DNA of 50,563 nucleotides. Source: a virus. Location: IMG/VR virus record IMGVR_UViG_3300031578_000056. The stretch is one strand, 5' to 3'. The notes under the pieces are model-generated. The model was not told where the DNA came from and did no database searches. It saw only the letters and a program-made list of their open reading frames with translations. The translations under genes and the position numbers were made by a program. Shown in pieces: positions 24,278 to 31,660 of this stretch (the first letter of the stretch is position 1; each line of letters starts with the position of its first letter).

Positions 24278-24512
24278 TTTCGGTTACGATGTAATTATCA
24301 TCACTTCTAAATAACGGAATAGGATGCCCAAGAGAATCAAATACTATTGCAAAGACTCTTTCTTTAGCTTCGTCATTCATCCAATCTAGGCATTCTGAAA
24401 CTCGATTTTCCCAATCATTACAAAGGTCTTTACTTTCGTAAACGTACGAACTGCCAAGAGAAATATTAGATTCTCTTTTGTTTTCACTCTCAATTTTTCT
24501 TAAATAAAACAT
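24249..24512 (-). CDS. Hypothetical protein
   Basis: 87-aa ORF preceded by the -7 box TATATTTG (24546-24553). Confidence 0.5.
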   Translation of the reverse strand: MFYLRKIESENKRESNISLGSSYVYESKDLCNDWENRVSECLDWMNDEAKERVFAIVFDSLGHPIPLFRSDDNYIVTESGRTYAKLQ

Positions 24513-24669
24513 AGTATAAATGTATTAATGAATAAATATATAGTACAAATATACTAAAAAAGACCGACATTGTGCCGATCTTTTTAAATTAAAAGAGTTT
24601 CGAGTCGTTATGTTAGGCGATTCTCGAATTAATTGGTAAGTAACCCCACGTTAAAAAACAATTACTCTT

Positions 24670-24984
24670 TTATTCGTTGCAATTATCTGCTATCTCAGCC
24701 CACTTATCAGTAGCCTTGTGGTAAATTATATTCCAATTACTGTCCATTAAAGATCCATAGATCTCTGTAGTACTAAAAGGTTCTTTAATTATTATTTTTT
24801 GTCCCATAAGATAGGTAATACATTCAACCCCATCAATCAAGCCTTTTTTGTGTGCTATTCTTGTTAGTATTTTTAATTCTAATTCTGATGATTTTGTTAC
24901 CTCAGCACATTCAGCCCTATCAATCAACACTTTTTCCTCTACAAGTCTGTAGATATTTCCGTTTATATTTAATTCTTTTTTCAT
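24670..24984 (-). CDS. Hypothetical protein
   Basis: 104-aa ORF. Confidence 0.5.
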   Translation of the reverse strand: MKKELNINGNIYRLVEEKVLIDRAECAEVTKSSELELKILTRIAHKKGLIDGVECITYLMGQKIIIKEPFSTTEIYGSLMDSNWNIIYHKATDKWAEIADNCNE

Positions 24985-25038
24985 CTGTTTAGTTGTTAAT
25001 GTTATTAAAAGTGTATTTAGCCAATAATTAGAGGTAAT

Positions 25039-25290
25039 TTAAAGTTTCCATTTCCTTTTTACTTTCTGCAACTCTATACGGGTTTCGAATCTGCTTAAAT
25101 TGTGGCTGTGTGCGTACATTGCTGCGTTCTGCATTTCTAATACTATATTTTGTATATGTAATTTTTTAACCTCGCTTTCGTGGTATCTAACCGCAATTAC
25201 TTCACAGGCTTTTATATAATCTTCTAGCATTGTAGATTCCGCAATTGCTCCTAATCCTAGCTCTTTTACTAATTCTGCTTTAAAATCCAT
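25039..25290 (-). CDS. Hypothetical protein
   Basis: 83-aa ORF. Confidence 0.5.
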   Translation of the reverse strand: MDFKAELVKELGLGAIAESTMLEDYIKACEVIAVRYHESEVKKLHIQNIVLEMQNAAMYAHSHNLSRFETRIELQKVKRKWKL

Positions 25291-25353
25291 TTTCTATAAT
25301 TTAATCGGTTAAAAATCTACACATACAATTTGCCACTATAAAAAACTTGACAC

Positions 25354-25542
25354 CTATTTAAATTCGTGATTGTCGCAAGTGTCGCTAAACACTCTTAATG
25401 TATCCCATGCAGTAAATTCACCTTTATCATGTTTTTCTTGATTGTATTGCTTTTCATCTTCGCAGTGATGATTAGTTACTTTACATGATTTGAATCCTTT
25501 TCCTGCAAATTTGCAATTATAGCAATATGGTTTCTTTTTCAT
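25354..25542 (-). CDS. Cys-rich mini-protein
   Basis: MKKKPYCYNCKFAGKGFKSCKVTNHHCEDE...CDNHEF has multiple Cys/His residues. Confidence 0.5.
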   Translation of the reverse strand: MKKKPYCYNCKFAGKGFKSCKVTNHHCEDEKQYNQEKHDKGEFTAWDTLRVFSDTCDNHEFK

Positions 25543-25587
25543 TTGTCTTACTGTTAACTATTAGGCTTACTTGTTTACTATGTGAAA

Positions 25588-25839
25588 TTATGAATACACC
25601 TCAAATTTTAGGTAAACATCATCGTAAAACGGAAGATAAATATTTCCATAATCTGAACCATCGTCATAACCATCATTTTTAGTATCATTAAACTCATGTG
25701 TGAAATCACAATCTTCATATATTTCCTTTGTTGCTGTTTTTGGTATTTCTGTTTTATTTATAAAACCACATAACCATACTTGTGAGCAATCTTCTTTTAA
25801 AAATGTAAATCCTTGTTTTATTCTATTTACTTTTTCCAT
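25588..25839 (-). CDS. Hypothetical acidic protein
   Basis: 83-aa ORF. Confidence 0.5.
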   Translation of the reverse strand: MEKVNRIKQGFTFLKEDCSQVWLCGFINKTEIPKTATKEIYEDCDFTHEFNDTKNDGYDDGSDYGNIYLPFYDDVYLKFEVYS

Positions 25840-25849
25840 CTGATTAGTC

Positions 25850-25972
25850 TTAATTTTCTATAATATATTCAATTTTAAACTTGCAGCCGCAAATCTCACA
25901 TACTGCATTTTTACCTACAACACGAAGAGATTCTTCGCTCGCTCCACAATACGGACAACAATCTTTTTCCAT
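25850..25972 (-). CDS. Zinc-ribbon mini-protein (40 aa)
   Basis: MEKDCCPYCGASEESLRVVGKNAVCEICGCKFKIEYIIEN. The plus-strand ORF 25881..26063 is its shadow. Confidence 0.5.
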   Translation of the reverse strand: MEKDCCPYCGASEESLRVVGKNAVCEICGCKFKIEYIIEN

Positions 25973-25976
25973 TTGT

Positions 25977-26216
25977 TTAGTTTTTAGTTATATTATCGAA
26001 ATTAAGCATGTTGTCCCAATCAGGATCTTCCGTACCTTCCTTGCATGGTATCTCAGCAACTAATTCGCCTATTACTGTTAGATATCCCAATCCGTGTCTT
26101 TCGCAATACACTTGAGCATCCAACATAGATATGCCTGGAACGTTTGGACCGCAAAATTTAGTTAGCGACCCTGTTCTTGGATTAATAGCTCTTAATTCAG
26201 TTAAGTATGTTTTCAT
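25977..26216 (-). CDS. Hypothetical protein
   Basis: 79-aa ORF with the conserved leader CTAAACAAATG. Confidence 0.5.
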   Translation of the reverse strand: MKTYLTELRAINPRTGSLTKFCGPNVPGISMLDAQVYCERHGLGYLTVIGELVAEIPCKEGTEDPDWDNMLNFDNITKN

Positions 26217-26264
26217 TTGTTTAGCTTTTAATTGTTACACTTACTTGTTTGGTTACCAACCATA

Positions 26265-26621
26265 CTAAACAGCCTTAATGCTATTTTCGTGAAAGTGTGT
26301 TGACCAACTATTTGTACCACATAGGTAATATTTAGTGTCTGAGTGGTAATCTTCAACTTCTGCATTTTGCCATACACAACCCACAAGTACCTTTACTTTC
26401 TGTCCTTTAGTAAAAGTACGGTTGGTAACTTTAATAATAACACATTCACTAGGATCTGTGTAGGGTGAAGCTTCTATTCTAATCGTTCGATCGAATGGTG
26501 TGTATCCATTTTCCGATTTACGAACTTCTTGTGTTATATAATTATTTCCACAACATTTAAACTTAACCACATCACCAACATTTATATCCCTTCCGTTTTT
26601 ATCTTTAAATCCAGTTTTCAT
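26265..26621 (-). CDS. Hypothetical protein
   Basis: 118-aa ORF with the conserved leader CTAAACAAATG. Confidence 0.5.
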   Translation of the reverse strand: MKTGFKDKNGRDINVGDVVKFKCCGNNYITQEVRKSENGYTPFDRTIRIEASPYTDPSECVIIKVTNRTFTKGQKVKVLVGCVWQNAEVEDYHSDTKYYLCGTNSWSTHFHENSIKAV

Positions 26622-26649
26622 TTGTTTAGTTTTTAATTATTAGACTTAC

Positions 26650-26868
26650 TTATTTGGTATCATCTTGCACCTCCAAGAATATTAACACCTGTGAGCCTTT
26701 TTTGTCAGGGCGTATGCATTGAATATTACCGCAATTGGCGAAGTCGAGTGCGCATAATTCACATGAAGAGGGCTGAGATACTAACATGGCTCTTACTATT
26801 TTTCCGTTTATCTCGAATGTTTCTCCTATGGCTGGCGTGTATATTTCGTCTGGTTTTACTTTTTTCAT
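26650..26868 (-). CDS. Cys-containing mini-protein
   Basis: ...SSCELCALDFANCGNIQCIRPD... Confidence 0.5.
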   Translation of the reverse strand: MKKVKPDEIYTPAIGETFEINGKIVRAMLVSQPSSCELCALDFANCGNIQCIRPDKKGSQVLIFLEVQDDTK

Positions 26869-26884
26869 TTGATTAGTTTTTTAT

Positions 26885-27112
26885 TTATTTTTCTAAAGTT
26901 CTATATTTATAATCTAATCCGCCCCAAAATGAGGTGCCCTGTTTGGTTGTTCCCCAGTGAAAGGCGGTCTTTATAGTTAGAGTTCTTGGGGTTGGTCGAT
27001 CTGATCTAGATAGCGCACCATCGCATTTCTCACTTAATAAATTAGCTATAAATGCATCATATGCACAATTCCATTTTAGGAATTTAATTAATTCTTCGTC
27101 TACATTTTTCAT
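26885..27112 (-). CDS. Hypothetical protein
   Basis: 75-aa ORF. Confidence 0.5.
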   Translation of the reverse strand: MKNVDEELIKFLKWNCAYDAFIANLLSEKCDGALSRSDRPTPRTLTIKTAFHWGTTKQGTSFWGGLDYKYRTLEK

Positions 27113-27237
27113 GATTAAATTTGATTAAATGATTTACAACAAATCTACTAAAAGTATTTGGTTAAAGCAAACTGAGCTATCTGTTTATTTGATAGCTTCA
27201 GTTGTTTTATTTCCATTACAATATTGGATTAATATTA

Positions 27238-27489
27238 TTAAAATTGTTCTTCAAAGCCTAAGCTTGTAGATTCAGTTTGTTTTTTACCCTCCTTAATCAA
27301 GTACTCACAAAGGGTGTCCCTATCTTTTTTGTCAATACACTCAATACCCCTACCACATTGGAATTTAACTGCAAACTCTATCCATCCTGCATCATGCTTA
27401 ACGGTGTGTTTACGAAAATTATCACCGATACAATTTAATGTGTTATTATTGGCGTTCATTTCTTCGAAAATTTCAATTCCTTTTTTCAT
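27238..27489 (-). CDS. Hypothetical protein
   Basis: 83-aa ORF, the first gene after the terS terminator. Confidence 0.5.
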   Translation of the reverse strand: MKKGIEIFEEMNANNNTLNCIGDNFRKHTVKHDAGWIEFAVKFQCGRGIECIDKKDRDTLCEYLIKEGKKQTESTSLGFEEQF

Positions 27490-27611
27490 GATTTCCAGTT
27501 TTAATTATTGGTCTGATTATTATCTCATTTCCTATACCTCAAATATACGACGGATATATTTATAAAACAAATCTATTAATTAAATACATGCTATTTAGAA
27601 TTATTCTACAC

Positions 27612-27643
27612 AAAAAAAGCCGAACTAAATTAATAGTCCGGCT
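27612..27643 (-). terminator. Rho-independent terminator directly after terS
   Basis: Minus strand AGCCGGACU-AUUAAUUU-AGUUCGGCU hairpin followed by U7. Confidence 0.7.
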
Positions 27644-27722
27644 CAGAATCAAAAATCAATAATCATGAAAAAAATCAAAGAAGAAAGTATGAAACAAATG
27701 TAAGTATAATTATTTTAATAAA

Positions 27723-28232
27723 CTAATCTTTCTTTAATAAATCGGCGAGAGTCGTGTCAGTGATCTCTGTTTTAATCGGCGCGTCATAGCCTACCATCTT
27801 ACTAATTCGATCGTAAGCATATTTCACGCCGTAAATAGTTAGCTCAATTCCGTTTCTGCCTGGCTTAATTCCGGTGCAAGCTCTATCCATTGCTTTGGTC
27901 CAAGTATTAATGTCTTTATATTTTACTATACCAGTCAGAGGATCAATGCTTTCAACGTAATCTCTGATAGTTACAGTGGCAATTTCTCTAAGATCTTCGA
28001 GTATGGCTTCTTTGGATAAGATTTCTTTCTTTTCGAGTTTTTTCTGAAGTTCCTGAACCCTACTCACAACCTCAGTACGATTAAACAGTGCATTTGCGTT
28101 AGTCCAGACAGTATTTTCCTTCCATTTAAGAGACGAAGGATAACCAATCCTGTAAGCGGCTGATTTATTTCCTCCGTTGCTTAAAAACGCTTGTACGGCT
28201 TTCTCGTGTCTTTGGTTTTTTAGGATTGGCAT
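27723..28232 (-). CDS. terS: Terminase small subunit
   Basis: N-terminus RHEKAVQAFLSNGGNKSAAYRIGYPSSLKWKENTVWTNANALFNRTEVVSRVQELQ resembles the Terminase_2-type small-subunit HTH. Confidence 0.7.
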   Translation of the reverse strand: MPILKNQRHEKAVQAFLSNGGNKSAAYRIGYPSSLKWKENTVWTNANALFNRTEVVSRVQELQKKLEKKEILSKEAILEDLREIATVTIRDYVESIDPLTGIVKYKDINTWTKAMDRACTGIKPGRNGIELTIYGVKYAYDRISKMVGYDAPIKTEITDTTLADLLKKD

Positions 28233-28582
28233 ATCTTAAAACTTACTGGATTAACACCCCAAGCTACTGATGAGGATAATTTAAATTTTTTACATAGCTC
28301 AATATCATCTTCATTTTGATCGATACCAGCGGAACGATAAGGCGCACGCTCACAAACTAATCTAACTTTCATCGGATCACCATTCAGTACGATTTTAAAA
28401 TCTGCTATTGGTCCGTTTTCTACGTGTGATACAATCTCGAATGATTCCAACATTTTAGCGAGAAAGGCAGAATTTTGATGCGTAGATTGCCATGTCTTGG
28501 TTGTATTCGAATGCATCTGCTTTTTATTTTCGTTCTTCCATGCTCTTAGGAATGTTTTTAAAGTTGCTTCGGCTGTTTTCAT
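28220..28582 (-). CDS. Hypothetical protein
   Basis: 120-aa ORF overlapping terS. Confidence 0.5.
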   Translation of the reverse strand: MKTAEATLKTFLRAWKNENKKQMHSNTTKTWQSTHQNSAFLAKMLESFEIVSHVENGPIADFKIVLNGDPMKVRLVCERAPYRSAGIDQNEDDIELCKKFKLSSSVAWGVNPVSFKICQS

Positions 28583-28842
28583 GCTTTTAATTTTTTATTC
28601 TCTTCTATTAACCCGTTTATTCTAAATAAAATCTCTTTCGCATATTCATTAGAGAATTCGGGTATTGCCTTGTGAAAATTCTCATCAAGATTTTCACCTG
28701 AATAAAAATCAACATTCGATATTACAAGACAGCATAAAAGATACATATCGTTCGAGGTATTACAATTATCAATTATTGACTGTAATGTCTTAGCGTAATT
28801 AACGTCTACTTCTATGTTTGCGCTTAAAGTTCCTGTTTTCAT
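28579..28842 (-). CDS. Hypothetical protein
   Basis: 87-aa ORF preceded by the -7 box TATCTTTG (28869-28876). Confidence 0.5.
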   Translation of the reverse strand: MKTGTLSANIEVDVNYAKTLQSIIDNCNTSNDMYLLCCLVISNVDFYSGENLDENFHKAIPEFSNEYAKEILFRINGLIEENKKLKA

Positions 28843-28924
28843 TTTGCTTCATTAATTATTGTGTATGACAAAGATATTAAATAAAGCCCACTTTTGCAAA
28901 TAATACAAAAATGGGCTTAAAATA

Positions 28925-29446
28925 TTAAATCATACCTCTGATTTTAAATAACAGATCACAGCTTTTTTGGTGACCATCATGCCAGTAGGATACATCCTTG
29001 TGTAGTTGTTTGTTTTTAGAAATCAACTTCGCATTTTCCTGAGCCAACATATCAGCAGTATTTATTAGAGTCTCGATCGTTTGCTTTAGTTCGGCTTTTT
29101 CAATCATGTCATTAATTTTTCTCATCTGCTTATCAAAATCAAACTTTTCAATAACAGTAGGTCGTAATTTAGACCAATGGTTACTTAATTTAGCATCCTC
29201 AATTCCTAAAGCCTCTTGGATCTCATTCCAGTCGTGGGGCATTTGATAAACTGTGTCTCCCATCAATACTTCATATTTGTAATAGAAAAAATCCTCAAGG
29301 TTAGTTCCAATTACTAAATATTTAAAATTACCATCTTTAAAACGATCTTTGTCGTACCAAACAAGACCAGCTTGCTTCATAGCGTCAATCACTTTCTTTC
29401 TGTCCGCTTTCGAACATCCTTTTAATTTTAATGCAAAATCTTTCAT
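28925..29446 (-). CDS. Hypothetical protein
   Basis: 173-aa ORF with a coiled-coil C-terminal half. Confidence 0.5.
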   Translation of the reverse strand: MKDFALKLKGCSKADRKKVIDAMKQAGLVWYDKDRFKDGNFKYLVIGTNLEDFFYYKYEVLMGDTVYQMPHDWNEIQEALGIEDAKLSNHWSKLRPTVIEKFDFDKQMRKINDMIEKAELKQTIETLINTADMLAQENAKLISKNKQLHKDVSYWHDGHQKSCDLLFKIRGMI

Positions 29447-29450
29447 AGCC

Positions 29451-29639
29451 TTAAAATCTATAACCTTTAAAAATTCGTGTTGACTCTAATGTTTTAATTC
29501 TTCCTAAATGATTACGGAATAGATACCCATTCTTAACTTTGCGAAGATATAGCCAATGATTGCCGTCTTTGTCGATTAGTAGTGAATTTGTTCTGGCTTT
29601 TTTCTTGATAATTCCTAGTAATTGTAATAGTTTTTTCAT
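29451..29639 (-). CDS. Hypothetical basic protein
   Basis: 62-aa ORF. Confidence 0.45.
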   Translation of the reverse strand: MKKLLQLLGIIKKKARTNSLLIDKDGNHWLYLRKVKNGYLFRNHLGRIKTLESTRIFKGYRF

Positions 29640-29641
29640 AA

Positions 29642-30025
29642 TTATAAAGTATTAATGTTGATTGCTAAATTTTTATCAATTAATCCGAATATGTCGTAAT
29701 GCTTAGATATTAAGAATTGCACTGTTTCAAAGCTTAACTTATCAACTAGTGATATATGAATTAATCCTACTTTAATAAAAGCAATAGCTTCCTCAATGCG
29801 CTCGATATCCCACTCAGACAATTCATCTCTATGTCCTTCTATTGCATGATCGCTCCATAGATCTGATAATGGTCTAAGGATTGGTTTATTTTGAAAGTCC
29901 AATACAGTAGATAATGAATCTGGCCTTAATGTCCAAGGATCTATTTTAGATCCGTCTAAATTCTCCCAATACATTTTTAATCCGTAAGGCAAGTAATGAG
30001 CCAAGTGTTTTAATTCTAGTTTCAT
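29642..30025 (-). CDS. Hypothetical protein
   Basis: 127-aa ORF. Confidence 0.5.
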   Translation of the reverse strand: MKLELKHLAHYLPYGLKMYWENLDGSKIDPWTLRPDSLSTVLDFQNKPILRPLSDLWSDHAIEGHRDELSEWDIERIEEAIAFIKVGLIHISLVDKLSFETVQFLISKHYDIFGLIDKNLAININTL

Positions 30026-30354
30026 CCTATGATTTTATTAATGATTAATTTAAATTGTTCTAATGATCTACAAATAAAATATTCGAATCCGTGAGACTTT
30101 ACCAATTCTTCCCATTCCTTTTGATTCTTTTGTTGTGTGCCTGTATCGGTTTTCATCTCAATCAGGTAGCATTTACCTTTCCAAAGAAAAATAAGATCTG
30201 ATACTCCAGCTACTGTTCCTGTGGATTTTAATTTCTGGGCTTCTCTTGGATTTCTTAAACCACCATTTGGGACACTGAATAATAATTTACGGGTTTCGGG
30301 GTGTGTGTTCCAACAAAATCGAAAACATTCGGCTTGTAATTGGTCTTCTGTCAT
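30022..30354 (-). CDS. VRR-NUC domain nuclease
   Basis: ...SVPNGGLRNPREAQKLKSTGTVAGVSDLIFLWKGKCYLIEMKTDTGTQQKNQKEW... fits the PD-(D/E)xK VRR-NUC pattern. Confidence 0.8.
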   Translation of the reverse strand: MTEDQLQAECFRFCWNTHPETRKLLFSVPNGGLRNPREAQKLKSTGTVAGVSDLIFLWKGKCYLIEMKTDTGTQQKNQKEWEELVKSHGFEYFICRSLEQFKLIINKIIG

Positions 30355-30563
30355 GGCTTAACCTCCTTTAATTTATCTTTAATTGAGACAATGTCTGCAG
30401 CTATCGATATAACTAGTCCAAGCCAACTAGTAACGGATATGAATACATATAAGATTAACACAATCCAAAATCCAAGATCCTTGTAATCCTTTTTAGGCGT
30501 AGTTAAGTGGGCGTATATAACAGCAAGAGCTCCACCAATCATGTGAAAATATGTATATGTCAT
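30351..30563 (-). CDS. Small membrane protein (2 TM)
   Basis: 70 aa with two hydrophobic segments. Confidence 0.5.
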   Translation of the reverse strand: MTYTYFHMIGGALAVIYAHLTTPKKDYKDLGFWIVLILYVFISVTSWLGLVISIAADIVSIKDKLKEVKP

Positions 30564-30751
30564 TCCGAATCCTCCTTTAACCCTAAATACTCCTTTAAGA
30601 TATATGAATTAAAAATCAATTCGTCATTTAAAATACAATCATCACAATCAATTTCAACACATCCTATTTCAGTTATATACCCGCCACATCTATAATTTTG
30701 CTTTTTAGCTCCACTTGGGATTAATAGCCCTTTAAACTCTTCCATTATCAT
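30560..30751 (-). CDS. Hypothetical Cys-containing protein
   Basis: 63 aa. Preceded by AAGGAGGA and the -7 box TATCTTTG (30772-30779). Confidence 0.5.
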   Translation of the reverse strand: MIMEEFKGLLIPSGAKKQNYRCGGYITEIGCVEIDCDDCILNDELIFNSYILKEYLGLKEDSE

Positions 30752-30790
30752 CCTCCTTTTTTAATTCAATTCAAAGATAAAACAAATTAA

Positions 30791-31303
30791 TTAATCTACC
30801 AAGCTATTATGCAAATCAAATCTTTCTAAAATCGATTTAGCAGGGATGCCAGATTTTAACATTTCATCAATAAGTTTATATAAATCTTTAATGGCTTTTT
30901 TCTCAATATTGAAACAATCCTCACAAAGACCAACTCTGTTTAAAAATTTAAAAGCTTTATTTTCCTCGCAGTCTCCACATAATAATTCAGAATCTACGCT
31001 TATTTTATTACTATTATAAAGCTTTTTCCATTTTAAATTAGATGCTGAAATATTTGCTTTATTTCCATCGATGAAAAATGCTCTATAATTAATCTGTTTT
31101 TTACCAACGAAAGAATTTAAAACTAAATCATGAATATTTCTAGTGAAATTTTCACCACCTATACTTAAGCCAACTTTAAAATAACCCCTGCTTGATAGAC
31201 TTTGTTTTAATATTCTATTTCTGTACACATTTTTAACTCGTCCTAAATTACTGACATTGTAAATTCCATTAGTCCAATCAATAGGTTTCCACTCTTCTTG
31301 CAT
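30791..31303 (-). CDS. NUMOD4/HNH_3-like homing-endonuclease homologue with a degenerate HNH motif
   Basis: EEWKPIDWTNGIYNVSNLGRVKNV (NUMOD4). The HNH region reads AFFIDGNKANISASNLKW and lacks the DH of the canonical IDHIDGN. Confidence 0.6.
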   Translation of the reverse strand: MQEEWKPIDWTNGIYNVSNLGRVKNVYRNRILKQSLSSRGYFKVGLSIGGENFTRNIHDLVLNSFVGKKQINYRAFFIDGNKANISASNLKWKKLYNSNKISVDSELLCGDCEENKAFKFLNRVGLCEDCFNIEKKAIKDLYKLIDEMLKSGIPAKSILERFDLHNSLVD

Positions 31304-31354
31304 AATATAAGTTTATAATTTATTCAAAGATATGTATAATAATACAAATTACCT

Positions 31355-31660
31355 AAAATGTTACTATTTCATTTTTGTTACCACGATGTTACTTTTTGAA
31401 ATACCACTAAACTTACTTGTAATCATATAGTTATGGCATTGTTACTTTTGTTACCCGCTTTTTCAGAAAACCTTTTAGGATTTGAAAATTAGGAACGTCA
31501 TCTCAGGGCTGTTTTTCTAATTATCCCCTCTATATAATATATATATATATTTAGGTAACAAAGGTAACAAACGCTGTAAATGCCTGAGAATCAATTTCCC
31601 CAATGTTACCTTTCTGCTGGTAACATTGGGTAATAAACATACTAGAAAGGTAACACATCA
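31355..31660. other. Putative replication origin: TGTTAC/GTAACA iterons flanking a (TA)n tract
   Basis: TGTTAC at 31359, 31376, 31387, 31440, 31449 and 31604. GTAACA at 31555, 31564, 31620 and 31650. Perfect 10-bp inverted repeat caatgttacc(31601)/ggtaacattg(31619). tatataatatatatatatat at about 31531-31552. Confidence 0.55.
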
